NCBI GenBank assembly: GCA_950097015.1
Contig: CATNEN010000003.1
Coordinates: 9,672,001-9,736,000, forward strand
From: Macrostomum hystrix
Lineage: Eukaryota > Animalia > Platyhelminthes
Length of the DNA: 64,000 bases
Reading direction: 5' to 3'
The position numbers and the translations under genes were made by a program. Each line of letters begins with the position of its first letter. The stretch's first letter is position 1. Shown in pieces: positions 49,351 through 63,600 of the stretch. Under the pieces are notes generated by a model. That model did not search any database, was not told the DNA's origin, and saw only the letters and a list, made by a program, of their open reading frames with translations.

Positions 49351-50069
49351 ATCCCCTTCATTTTTATGTGGATTTATTGGATATTATATAGTATATATTG
49401 GTTCAAAAGCTTACAATCTAACCATATTCAGGCACCCAGTTTAGTAACACTGTATTATTAATTAGCTGTTTTGCTTTGATTGATTCATATGACATTTGCC
49501 ATCAGCCTCTGGTTGAACTATCTCTGATGTGTTAAAATTAGAGCTGTATTTCATTATTGGTGATGTGTTAAATGCTTCTAGTTGTTGACTTATGATCATA
49601 TTAATATACGTATATGTCTATCTCTTTCTATACAGAAAGTTAGTTTTCGTAGCATATGTTAAATTACAAATAACAAAATGTAAAGAATAGGAACGTATTG
49701 TAATCTTCTAATTGACCATTGTTCTATTGCGGGGATTCGGTTAGTGGCATGCGATTATTTACTAAATCCCGTCTACCGTTTATCAATGTTAGACATTTAA
49801 TTAATTGTTCTACATCTGACTATCGGTGGCACTTAATTGTACGAGGCATCCATTTTTTCTTGTCTTGATTTTGCTAGATTATTTTGTGTCTGGTGGCATA
49901 GAAAACACAAACGATAGCGCAGCAGATTCTGTGCTAACAATTTTAAACACAATTGCTTCTTTAAGACTACTTTGAACTTTAATTCCTTTGCTTATATTTT
50001 TTTAGTTTATAAAAGGCGTGCAATGAAAACCAGTGTTTAATATGGGAAATAGTGTCCAGGATAGAGTAG

Positions 50070-51420
50070 GAGTATGGGAGAGTGTGTGGTATAGAGTATG
50101 GTAGAGTGTGTGGCATAGTGTATGGGAAAGAGTGTGTGGCATAGAGTATGGAAAGAGTGTGTGGCATAGAGTATGGGAGAGTGTGTGGCATAGAGTATGG
50201 AAAGAGTGTGTGGCATAGAGTATGGGAAAGAGTGTGTGGCATAGAGTATGGGAAAGAGTGTGTGGCATAGAGTATGGGAAAGAGTGTGTGGCATAGAGTA
50301 TGGGAAAGAGTGTGTGGCATAGAGTATGGAAAGAGTGTGTGGCATAGAGTATGGGAGAGTGTGTGGCATAGAGTATGGAAAGAGTGTGTGGCATAGAGTA
50401 TGGGAAAGAGTGTGTGGCATAGAGTATGGGAAAGAGTGTGTGGCATAGAGTATGGGAAAGAGTGTGTGGCATAGTGTATGGGAAAGAGTGTGTGGCATAA
50501 AGTATGGTAGAGTGTGTGGCATAGTGTATGGGAAAGAGTGTGTGGCATAGAGTATGGAAAGAGTGTGTGGCATAGAGTATGGGAAAGAGTGTGTGGCATA
50601 GAGTATGGGAAAGAGTGTGTGGCATAGAGTATGGGAAAGAGTGTGTGGCATAGAGTATGGGAAAGAGTGTGTGGCATAGAGTATGGGAAAGAGTGTGTAG
50701 CATAGTGTATGGGAAAGAGTGTGTGGCATAGAGTATGGGAAAGAGTGTGTGGCATAGAGTATGGTAGAGTGTGTGGCATAGTGTATGGGAAAGAGTGTGT
50801 GGCATAGAGTATGGAAAGAGTGTGTGGCATAGAGTATGGGAAAGAGTGTGTGGCATAGAGTATGGGAAAGAGTGTGTGGCATAGAGTATGGGAAAGAGTG
50901 TGTGGCATAGAGTATGGGAAAGAGTGTGTGGCATAGAGTATGGGAGAGTGTGTGGCATAGAGTATGGGAGAGTGTGTGGCATAGAGTATGGGAAAGAGTG
51001 TGTGGCATAGAGTATGGGAAAGAGTGTGTGGCATAGAGTATGGGAATGAGTGTGTGGCATAGAGTATGGGAAAGAGTGTGTGGCATAGAGTATGGGAAAG
51101 AGTGTGTGGCATAGAGTATGGGAATGAGTGTGTGGCATAGAGTATGGGAAAGAGTGTGTGGCATAGAGTATGGGAATGAGTGTGTGGCATAGAGTATGGG
51201 AAAGAGTGTATGGCATAGAGTATGGGAAAGAGTGTGTGGCATAGAGTATGGGAATGAGTGTGTGGCATAGAGTATGGGAAAGAGTGTGTGGCATAGAGTA
51301 TGGGAATGAGTGTGTGGCATAGAGTATGGGAAAGAGTGTGTGCCATAGTGTATGGGAAAGAGTGTGGCATTGAGTTTAGGATAGAGTTTGTGGGAAAGAG
51401 TTCGTGGGATAGAGTATGGG
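50070..51420. repeat. Minisatellite, 24-26-bp unit GGAAAGAGTGTGTGGCATAGAGTATG (RER1-VPS15 spacer)
   Basis: Tandem array; source of the HTLSHTLC-type spurious ORFs. Confidence 0.96.
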
Positions 51421-51686
51421 AAAGATTATGGGAAAGGGTGTGTGGTGGACTTAAAAAGAGTTGTATAATAGACTAGAAGATATCAAGGAAAACGCTTAGT
51501 TGTAAAATTTATTAGTTTTTTTATTGTACGTGTTAAAGATGAGCTCAAATCAAACCTTTCAATCGTAATCGTTCCAGCCAGGTCTTCATTCAAAACTGGA
51601 CGCTATCAAAGCCATTATCCAGTCTTGAAGCTGTCAAGCTGGTGTACAGATTAGTATCAAAGTTGATCGTTTAAATCACAGTACCA

Positions 51687-54600
51687 ATGGGCAACCAGGT
51701 TGGCAGTGTTAGCAGCGCTGAAGTCAATAGCAAATACAATCAGTGCCTGCAGGATCTGACAGATTATGAGCTGCAAGCCAAACTGAAGGAGACCGCTTTC
51801 TTCAAGGTGGTTCGATCTAGGTGCGTTCAGCAGTGCATTTTGAACAAATACTAAACAGGGATTTAATCAATCTATTAATTTCTGATTGAACCTCACAGGC
51901 ATAGCGAAGGCGATGTGGTTCTCAAAGTCTACATACCGCCAAATGCCAGCCTGCCAATCAAGGATTACCTGGATCGTATTGAAGCTCAGAAGAAAGTATT
52001 TCCTAATCCTACCAATGCCAACGTGCTGCCCTATCAAAGGTGAACCAGAATGGGTGCATCTGTTAAGTTTGCTTGCTTGAAATTAGGCCGCATAAAACTA
52101 CTTTCAACGAATACTAACACTAGTTTCAAACCTCAAGCCATCAGCATCCTGAACCTCAAGCCATCAGCATCCTGAACCTCAAGCCATCAGCATCCTGAAC
52201 CTCAAGCCATCAGCATCCTGAACCTCAAGCCATCAGCATCCTGAACCTCAAGCCATCAGCATCCTGAACCTCAAGCCATCAGCATCCTGAACCTCAAGCC
52301 ATCAGCATCCTGAACCTCAAGCCATCAGCATCCTGAGCCTCAAGCCATCAGCATCCTGAACCTCAAGCCATCATCACCCTGAACCTCAAGCCATCAGCAC
52401 CCTGAACCTCAAGCCATGAGCACCCTGAACCTCAAGCCATGAGCACCCTGAACCTCAAGCCATGAGCACCCTAAACCTCAAGCCATCAGCATCCTGAACC
52501 TCAAGCCATCAGCATCCTGAACCTCAAGCCATCAGCATCCTGAACCTCAAGCCATCAGCATCCTGAATTTCGAGCCATCAGAACCCTGAACCTCAAGCCA
52601 TCATCACCCTGAACCTCAAGCCATCAGCATCCTGAACCTCAAGCCATCAACATCCTGAACCTCAAGCCATCAGCATCCTGAACCTCAAGCCATCATCACC
52701 CTGAACCTCAAGCCATCAGCACCCTGAACCTCAAGCCATGAGCACCCTGAACCTCAAGCCATGAGCACCCTGAACCTCAAGCCATGAGCACCCTAAACCT
52801 CAAGCCATCAGCACCCTGAACCTCAAGCCATCAGCATCCTGAAACTCAAACCATGAGTACCCTGAACCTCAAGCCATCAGCACCCTGAACCTCAAGTTAT
52901 CAGCATCCTGAACCTCAAGCCATGAGCACCCTGAACCTCAAGCCATCAGCATCCTGAACCTCAAGCCATCAGCATCCTGAACCTCAAGCCATCAGCATCC
53001 TGAACCTCAAGCCATCAGCACCCTGAACCTCAAGCCATCAGCATCCTGAACCTCAAGTTATCAGCATCCTGAACCTCAAGCCATCAGCACCCTGAACCTC
53101 AAGCCATCAGCATCCTGAACCTCAAGTTATCAGCATCCTTAACCTCAAGCCATCAGCATCCTGAACCTCCAAGCCATGAGCACCCTGAACCTCAAGCCAT
53201 CAGCATCCTGAACCTCAAGTTATCAGCATCCTGAACCTCCAAGCCATGAGCACCCTGAACCTCAAGCCATCAGCATCCTGAACCTCAAGTTATCAGCATC
53301 CTGAACCTCAAGTTATCAGCATCCTGAACCTCAAGCCATCAGCACCCTGAACCTCAAGCCATCAGCATCCTGAACCTCAAGTTATCAGCATCCTTAACCT
53401 CAAGCCATCAGCATCCTGAACCTCCAAGCCATGAGCACCCTGAACCTCCAAGCCATGAGCATCCTGAACCTCAAGCCATCAGCATCCTGAACCTCAAGCC
53501 ATCAGCACCCTGAACCTCAAGCCATCAGCATCCTGAACCTCAAGCCATCAGCATCCTGAACCTCAAGCCATGAGCACCCTGAACCTCTAGCTATCAGCAT
53601 CCTGAACCTCAAGTTATCAGCATCCTGAACCTCAAGTTATCAGCATCCTGAACCTCAAGCCATCAGCACCCTGAACCTCAAGCCATCAGCATCCTGAACC
53701 TCAAGTTATCAGCATCCTGAACCTCAAGCCATCAGCATCCTGAACCTCAAGCCATCAGCATCCTGAACCTCAAGCCATGAGCACCCTGAACCTCTAGCTA
53801 TCAGCATCCTGAACCTCAAGTTATCAGCATCCTGAACCTCAAGTTATCAGCATCCTGAACCTCAAGCCATCAGCACCCTGAACCTCAAGCCATCAGCATC
53901 CTGAACCTCAAGCCATGAGCACCCTGAACCTCTAGCTATCAGCATCCTGAACCTCAAGTTATCAGCATCCTGAACCTCAAGTTATCAGCATCCTGAACCT
54001 CAAGCCATCAGCACCCTGAACCTCAAGCCATCAGCATCCTGAACCTCAAGTTATCAGCATCCTTAACCTCAAGCCATCAGCACCCTGAACCTCAAGCCAT
54101 CAGCATCCTGAACCTCAAGTTATCAGCATCCTGAACCTCAAGCCATCAGCATCCTGAACCTCAAGCCATGAGCACCCTGAACCTCTAGCTATCAGCATCC
54201 TGAACCTCAAGTTATCAGCATCCTGAACCTCAAGTTATCAGCATCCTGAACCTCAAGCCATCAGCACCCTGAACCTCAAGCCATCAGCATCCTGAACCTC
54301 AAGTTATCAGCATCCTTAACCTCAAGCCATCAGCATCCTGAACCTCCAAGCCATGAGCACCCTGAACCTCAAGCCATCAGCATCCTGAACCTCAAGTTAT
54401 CAGGATCCTGAACCTCAAGCCATGAGCACCCTGAACCTCTAGCTATCAGCATCCTGAACCTCAAGTTATCAGCATCCTGAACCTCAAGTTATCAGCATCC
54501 TGAACCTCAAGCCATCAGCACCCTGAACCTCAAGCCATCAGCATCCTGAACCTCAAGTTATCAGCATCCTGAACCTCAAGCCATCAGCATCCTGAACCTC

Positions 54601-57600
54601 AAGCCATCAGCATCCTGAACCTCAAGCCATGAGCACCCTGAACCTCTAGCTATCAGCATCCTGAACCTCAAGTTATCAGCATCCTGAACCTCAAGTTATC
54701 AGCATCCTGAACCTCAAGCCATCAGCACCCTGAACCTCAAGCCATCAGCATCCTGAACCTCAAGCCATGAGCACCCTGAACCTCTAGCTATCAGCATCCT
54801 GAACCTCAAGTTATCAGCATCCTGAACCTCAAGTTATCAGCATCCTGAACCTCAAGCCATCAGCACCCTGAACCTCAAGCCATCAGCATCCTGAACCTCA
54901 AGTTATCAGCATCCTTAACCTCAAGCCATCAGCATCCTGAACCTCCAAGCCATGAGCACCCTGAACCTCAAGCCATCAGCATCCTGAACCTCAAGTTATC
55001 AGCATCCTGAACCTCCAAGCCATGAGCACCCTGAACCTCAAGCCATCAGCATCCTGAACCTCAAGTTATCAGCATCCTGAACCTCAAGTTATCAGCATCC
55101 TGAACCTCAAGCCATCAGCACCCTGAACCTCAAGCCATGAGCACCCTGAACCTCAAGCCATCAGTATCCTGAACGTCAAGCTATCAGCACCTTGAACCTC
55201 AAGTTATCAGCATCCTGAACCTCAGGTTATCAGCATCCTGAACCTCCAGCCATGAGCACCCTGAACCCAATCGCAGATGTCACTACTCGGAGCGCTACGC
55301 ATGCTTAGTCCGGCAGTACGTGAAGTACAGCTTATACGATCGCATGGACACCAGGCCGTTTCTATTGGACGTAGAAAAGCGTTGGATTGCGTTTCAGTTG
55401 TTGTGCGCCATTGCCACATTGAACAAAGTGTCACTCTGTCACGGCGATATTAAAAGTGAAAACGTCCTACTGACCAGTTGGGGTTGGGTACTGCTAACAG
55501 ATTTTGCGCCATTTAAACCTGTCTGCCTACCGGACGATAATCCGGCGGATTATAGTTTCTATTTCGACATCTCCGGTAGGCGCACCTGTTACATTGCGCC
55601 AGAAAGATTCTATCACGTTAATCGATCTTCTGCTACATCCGCTGTCGCATCTGTTGCCGCCGGCTCCGCTTCTAGTAGCACCCTGGCTGGCTCCGTGGAT
55701 TCCTCTGATTCTGAATATGGCGGTTATGGCCATAGACAAATACCACCGCAGCTTAATTCACTCAGCTTTGTGAGTCGTTTAAAAAATAATTTTTTCAGCT
55801 ACTAATGGTACAGTATTAGATGAGGGTGTCTCGCACTAAGGTCCTCGAGCTCGATTCCACAACGATGCTAAATTAATTTAGGGCGCAGGCGTGGAGAGAA
55901 GGCTTGGGGGCTTGTCGTGCAATTTACGCCCTTGAGGGCCAATCTCCAAGGCACAGTGAAAGTGTACACTGCCAGACGATGAGAAATTATTATTATTTCT
56001 ATTATTATTATAATCATCATTATAAAGTTATTGTGTAAACTCCAGTATTTTGTATAATATTTTTTGTCAAAACTCTAATAGGGTCGCGGCCAGCTTGAGC
56101 ACAGCATGGACGTATTCTCAGCCGGTTGTGTACTGCTAGAATTATTTAGCGAAGATTCCAATAGTCAGCCGTTCGATTTGTCTCAACTATTGGCCTTCAA
56201 AAAGGATCAATATTCGCCAGCTAGGCTTATATCGCGATTGCAGGACGAACATGTTCGGGTTAGTGACGCTGGTTATTCTTATTGACTGCATTTTTTTCTT
56301 TTTCTGCAGTGAAGGTTATTTCTTTAAGTTAGTGACTAGTTTCAATTAATGTAGGGATTTTACGATATCCTAACAGGGTATGTTTCGGTGAAGGAATTAA
56401 AGGTTGTAGGTTTTTATAAACAATTAAAGTGTTTTAGGTTTCCCATCCTTTTGTAGGTTTCCTAAAGGGTTTTAGGTTTCCTAAAGGGTTTTAGGTTTCC
56501 CGAAGACTTGTAGGTTTCCTATAATGGTTTTAGGTTTCCCGAAGACTTGTAGGTTTACTATAATGGTTTTAGGTTTCCCGAAGGTTTGTAGGTTTCCTAT
56601 AATGGTTTTAGGTTTCCCGAAGGTTTGTAGGTTTCTTATCAGGGTTTTAGGTTTCCCGAAGACTTGTAGGTTTCCTATAATGGTTTTAGGTTTCCCGAAG
56701 GTTTGTAGGTTTCCTATAATGGTTTTAGGTTTCCCGAAGATTTGTAGGTTTCCTATAATGGTTTTAGGTTTCCCGAAGATTTGTAGGTTTCCTATAATGG
56801 TTTTAGGTTTCCCGAAGACTTGTAGGTTTCCTATAATGGTTTTAGGTTTCCCGAAGATTTGTAGGTTTCCTATAATGGTTTTAGGTTTCCCGAAGATTTG
56901 TAGGTTTCCTATAAGGGTTTTAGGTTTCCCGAAGACTTGTAGGTTCAAACAGAAGGGTTGTAGGTTTCATGAAGTGTTGAAATGTTGTAGGTTGTCTGAA
57001 GGGTTGATGGTTTTGTTGGTATTCCTCAATGTTAGTTTTCCTAAATTGTTAAAGGCTTGTAGGTTTTAACGAATGTAGAATTAAGTAGGTTTCCCTGAAG
57101 TTCCGATTGAGTAGGTTTCCCTGAAGTTTCGATTGAGTAGGTTTACCTGAAGTTCCGATTGAGTAGGTTTACCTGAAGTTTCGATTGAGTAGGTTTACCT
57201 GAAGTTCCGATTGAGTAGGTTTCCCTGAAGTTCCGATTGAGTAGGTTTACCTGAAGTTTCGATTGAGTAGGTTTACCTGAAGTTTCGATTGAGTAGGTTT
57301 ACCTGAAGTTCCGATTGAGTAGGTTTACCTGAAGTTTCGATTGAGTAGGTTTACCTGAAGTTTCGATTGAGTAGGTTTACCTGAAGTTCCGATTGAGTAG
57401 GTTTCCCTGAAGTTCCGATTGAGTAGGTTTCCCTGAAGTTCCGATTGAGTAGGTTTCCCTGAAGTTCCGATTGAGTAGGTTTCCCTGAAGTTTCGATTGA
57501 GTAGGTTTCCCTGAAGTTCCGATTGAGTAGGTTTCCCTGAAGTTCCGATTGAGTAGGTTTCCCTGAAGTTCCGATTGAGTAGGTTTCCCTGAAGTTTCGA

Positions 57601-60600
57601 TTGAGTAGGTTTCCCTGAAGTTCCGATTGAGTAGGTTTCCCTGAAGTTTCGATTGAGTAGGTTTACCTGAAGTTTCATTACATCTTTACTTTTGGTACAT
57701 CCTACAGGACCTCATCACAACCATGCTCAGCAAGGAGCCTTTGAGTCGTCTTTCCGGCGAAGAGCTTTTAATTCAACAGCGGGGCAAAGCCTTTCCCGAC
57801 TATTTCTACACCTTCTTGAAGACTTATTTGGCCCCGTTCGCCTCTGAGATTCAGCTGCCTGATGACAAGATTGCCAGACTGAAAAAGTAAGGAGATAATG
57901 CCTACTGGTCTGCCTGTTTAGCATATTATACCAGGCACATACCTAACTGCCCTTTTAAACTACCAAACTACAGGTAGATTATTCTACCTGTCTGCCTACT
58001 CACCAATCTACTTGTCTGCCTACCCACATATCTACTTGTTTGCCTACTCACCAATCTACTTGTCTGCCTACTCACCAATCTACCTGTCTGCCTACTCACC
58101 AATCTACCTGTTTGCCTACTCACCAATCTACTTGTCTGCCTACTCACGAATCTACTTGTCTGCCTACTCACCAATCTACCTGTCTGCCTACTCACCAATC
58201 TACCTGTCTGCCTACTCACGAATCTACTTGTTTGCCTACTCACCAATCTACTTGTCTGCCTACTCACCAATCTACCTGTCTGCCTACTCACGAATCTACT
58301 TGTCTGCCTACTCACCAATCTACCTGTCTGCCTACTCACCAATCTACTTGTCTGCCTACTCACCAATCTACTTGTCTGCCTACCCACATATCTACCTGTC
58401 TGCCTACTCACCAATCTACCTGTCTACCTACCCAACTATCTGCCTGTCTACCTACCCAGAAATCTACCTGTCTACCTACCCAACTATCTGCCTGTCTACC
58501 TACCCAGAAATCTACCTGTCTACCTACCCACCTATCTGCCTGCCCGCTAAAAAATAGGGATGTTTCTTGGGGTGATTCCAGCTGGAATCTGCGGTGTTTC
58601 CATAAAAAGAAACAGCCGAACGCTGGAAACATACCAATCGGATGATTCCATGCTTAGAATCTACCCAACTGGGCGTTTTCTCGGTGCTTCTTGGTGGCGA
58701 AATGGAATCACCCATTTCCGAAGTTTCCTCCAGTTCGGAGGATTCCATGCTCAGAAATCGCCGAGGAATCGCCCGTAAAGAATTCTCTGGTTGTCCCATG
58801 GGCCACTGGTTCGGGTGATTCTTCGGCGGTTTCCGCACAATTTACGTTTACATAGGCTGCTTCCTGGGTGGTTTCTTTAACTCTTGCGAGATAGGGGGGA
58901 TTTTGGTAGATTCCACTCCTATTTTGCACTAAAAACCCACCGAAGAAGCAGCCGAATTTTTTACAGGGTGTCTACCTACCCAGATCTACCTGTCTGCCTA
59001 CCATTAATATACCTGTTTACCTACTCACCAATCTACCTGTCTACCTAGCCACTAATCTACTCATCTGCCCACCCTTTCCATTCCAGAGCCCTATTCACCC
59101 AGGGTCACATAGCCAAGTTTCTAATCTTGGACAGCGAGAAAAAGTCGGAACGCAACGTTGGTTTAGTCATCATTCTCAACCTGCTCACATCATGCGTGCG
59201 TCACGTCCGCTACGCCCAGTCCAAGCTAGACGGCTTGAAATGCTTGGAGAAGCTGGCATTTCACCTGCCTGATCACATTGTGCTGGATAGAATTCTGCCT
59301 TATATTGTGAGTTGGACTCAAATCAAATCTACATATTCTTGTTTATGATTCTGTGAATTGCACCGTCCCATCGTTAAGCCTTCATCACAACCTTCATTAT
59401 TAATCCACCTTATATGTCTTTATCGCTTAAGTTATTGAATTTCTTCATTTTCTTCCTATTTGTGTTTTCTCGCATGAAGTATTTTAATATCATCCTTGCC
59501 TTCATCTCTCCCTTCATCGCTCCCTTCATCGCATTTCACACTCACCCGCAGCTGGACATGATGACTGATCCCATTAGTCGAGTCCGAGCCGTTTCGATTC
59601 GCAGCCTAGCAAATACAGTTTCTCGCATTGACAAAGTTGGCTATAAATATGTCAACCTATTTACCGATTACATCTTCCCGGCTGTGGAGCATCTGTCTCG
59701 CGACCCTTCGGTTCAGGTGCGCTCCTCGCTAGCCGAAAATCTCGGCCGTTTAGCCGACACGGCGAAAAAGTTTCTAGATAGCGTTCGAGAACAATCAATG
59801 CAGGCCTGGCTGCCAACTGAGCCTACTACTCAAACTAGCTCATCTAATTCTACCACTGCGACTACTCAGGAGGCGCAACTATTGAGGGCTATCAATTTTG
59901 AAGCCGAATTAAAGTCGCTTAGGAGAACAGTTTCTAGTCTAACTGTGACATTGTTGCACGACTCCTGTCCGTCTGTTAAACAGGTCTGAGGTCTTTTTTT
60001 AGATTGCTAGGGTGTTTGATTCGGTTGCTATGGTCTTTGATTCGGTTGCTATGATCTTCGATTCGGTTGCTATGGTCTTTGATTCGGTTGCTATGGTCTT
60101 TGATTCGGTTGCTATGGTCTTTGATTCGGTTGCTATGGTCTTCGATTCGGTTGCTATGGTCTTTGATTCGGTTGCTATCGTCTTCGATTCGGTTGCTATG
60201 GTCTTTGATTCGGTTGCTATCGTCTTTGATTCAGTTGCTATGGTCTTTGATTCGGTTGCTATCGTCTTCGATTCGGTTGCTATGGTCTTTGATTCGGTTG
60301 CTATGGTCTTAAAATATTAGCGAGTTTCTTAAATTATGTTGCTAGGTTCTTTAATTGCATTGCTAGGGTCTCAGATTTGAAACTTAGGATTTCAAATTAA
60401 GTTATAGGTTTTGAATTACATTACAAGCCGACTGTAAATAACCTCTACCAGGCTGTCCTCTGCTCGGACGCCCTTCGTCTGTGCACCTTCTTCGGCCGGC
60501 GTGAAGCCTCCGATCACGTGATGTCTCACGCAATCACATTTCTCAACGAAGGCCCCGACCTGCGTAGGAGTTTCTACGAGCAGCTCTACTGTATGGTGGC

Positions 60601-63600
60601 TTTCATTGGCGATCATGGAGCCGAGATGCTTGTGCCGCTATTTGAGCAGGGCTTAGCCGACTCAGAGCCGGCCGTTCTAGTCTCCGCTCTCATCTGCCTG
60701 CGGTCCCTGGTTGCCGACAAGTCTAGCGATGTTGGCAGAAGATTCGGCGCTCCGCTGTGCGCTAAGTGAGTGCCAAATGCACTGTACAATGTCTTTTTGT
60801 GTCCTTAGTCCCTAGTCCCTAGTTTTAATTTCTCCCCTAATGCCTTGTTTAAATCTTTACCTTAACCCCTTCTACCCTAATTACTTGTTTATATCTCCCT
60901 TAATCCCTTAAAGCACCCGGAGTTTGGGTGCAGCAAAAATGTCAGTGGGGGGCGGTATAAACTGGCGGCAATATGGCTTGGTAGTCCTACTGTTAATCCC
61001 TTCTTTAAATGTCTACCATAATCCCTTTTTAGGTGTCTCCTTCAATCTCTTCTTTTATTGTCATCCCAAACCCATTCCATAAATCCTAGATCTAATCCCC
61101 TGTATCGATTCTCAACCCTAGATCAAATCTCTACGTGTCTATTCTCAACCCTAGATCTAATCTCACCGTGTCTATTCTCAACCCTAGATCTAATCTCACC
61201 GTGTCTATTCTCAACCCTTGATCAAATCTCACCGTGTCTATTCTCAACCCTTGATCAAATCTCACCGTGTCTATTCTCAACCCTAGATCAAATCTCACCG
61301 TGTCTATTCTCAACCCTAGATCAAATCTCTACGTGTCTATTCTCAACCCTAGATCTAATCTCACCGTGTCTATTCTCAACCCTAGATCTAATCTCACCGT
61401 GTCTATTCTCAACCCTAGATCTAATCTCACCGTGTCTATTCTCAACCCTAGATCTAATCTCACCGTGTCTATTCTCAACCCTAGATCTAATCTCACCGTG
61501 TCTATTCTCAACCCTAGATCTAATCTCACCGTGTCTATTCTCAACCCTAGATCAAATCTCACCGTGTCTATTCTCAACCCTAGATCTAATCTCTGGGCAT
61601 CTAAATTCCAATCTCAGTCGAGAACTGTAATTTTGAAATTCCTAACTCGACAGTTATTTTTAGTTTAAGTTTTGTTTAAATGTACTTGGATTTTCCTTAA
61701 TACCTTCTTAATCCTTTTTTTCTCTTTCTTTTCCTCTTTCTTCATATCTTACCTGATCCCTTCTCCTAGAATTCAGTGTGTTGAAGGGGCCGCATCCCAT
61801 GCCACTCCGCAGATCCCTTCCCCTGCTGAGCCACCCGGACGTGTTCGTTCGTCACGCGGCAGCCGGCCTGCTCTGCGCCACAGCCGGTCGTCTTGGCCCG
61901 GCCGAATTCCACTGCCGCCTAGTGGCCCCTGAAGCTTCTAACGCGCCCAAGGTGACCGATCACCTGCCGGCTAGCGCCAAGCGATTAGCTGCTAGTCAGC
62001 GCCATCTAGCCAATGAGGTTCTGGTGCTTAGCGCCCTGGGCCCGGCTGTGCCGCCGGCTGTTTGGCGTTGCCTAGCAACCACTAGTCGCCAATTAGCCGA
62101 TAGGCTATTCGTTGCCCTGGAAGAGCGTCGGCATGTCCGACTGAGAGGCTTGATGGTGTCCAAGAATATTCAAGAGCCCGCAGTCTCGGAGGATGAAGAG
62201 GACGGACTGGCTGGCGAAGGGAAAGTCGAAAAGACACGTAAATTTATTATTTTGTTTGTCGCTTGCTCTAAAGTTTCAGGGGGTATTTTTTAGTTTGAAG
62301 TTTCGTGGGGTAGTTTTTAGTCATTCAGTTTCAAGGTTCAGAGGGTAGATTCAGTCTGAAGGTTCAGGGGGTAGTTTTAGTCATTCAGTTTGAAGGTTCA
62401 GGGGGTAGTTTTAGTCATTCAGTCTGAAGGTTAAGGGGGTAGTTTTTAGTCATTCAGTCTGAAGGTTAAGGGGGTAGTTTTTAGTCATTCAGTCTGAAGG
62501 TTCAGGGGGTAGTTTTTAGTCATTCAGTCTGAAGGTTCAGGGGGTAGTTTTTAGGCATTCAGTCTGAAGGTTCAGGGGGTAGTTTTTAGTCATTCAGTCT
62601 GAAGGTTCAGGGGGTAGTTTTAGTCATTCAGTCTGAAGGTTCAGGGGGTAGTTTTAGTCATTCAGTCTGAAGGTTCAGGGGGTAGTTTTAGTCATTCAGT
62701 CTGAAGGTTAAGGGGGTAGTTTTTAGTCATTCAGTCTGAAGGTTCAGGGGGTAGTTTTTAGTCATTCAGTCTGAAGGTTCAGGGGGGTAGTTTTTAGTCA
62801 TTCAGTCTGAAGGTTCAGGGGGTAGTTTTTAGTCATTCAGTCTGAAGGTTCAGGGGGTAGTTTTTAGGCATTCAGTCTGAAGGTTCAGGGGGTAGTTTTT
62901 AGTCATTCAGTCTGAAGGTTCAGGGGGTAGTTTTTAGGCATTCAGTCTGAAGGTTCAGGGGGTAGTTTTTAGTCATTCAGTCTGAAGGTTCAGGGGGTAG
63001 TTTTAGTCATTCAGTCTGAAGGTTCAGGGGGTAGTTTTAGTCATTCAGTCTGAAGGTTCAGAGGGTAGATTCAGTCTGAAGGTTCAGGGGGTAGTTTTTA
63101 TTGTCCGTCTATGGTATCTGTGGTTAGATTTTTAATACTCTGCAGTAATTTAAATTCTACTGAAGTTTTTTGGGTACATCTTGAAGTACATCTTGAGGCA
63201 AGTGGCAAAAAAGTATTAAATCATTGACCGGATTTCATACAGCAGTGAAGGCTGGAGCAGTTCAGCAGCCATGCTATGCCAGCCTAGAAGAGGACACGGC
63301 GGCTCTCCTAGCCAAATTGTGCCACCTTGGCCTAGACGAGCCAATGGAAGATCGACTATTGGGTCTGCGAGATTTGGCTCTGAAACAGACCATCAGTTCA
63401 GCAGCTAGTTCGTCTGCCAGCTGCGACTATGCCGGAGTTGAACGCTTGACAATGAGCGATTTGGCTAGCTCGCACGAGCAGCAGCAGCAGCAGCAGCAGC
63501 AGTTGATGCTGCCGCGTCATCTGTCTCTACTAGCCACGCCAGGTGTTGTCGGCTCGATCCTGTCATCAGCTGGTATGCCGACGAGCATTGCTCAGACTTT

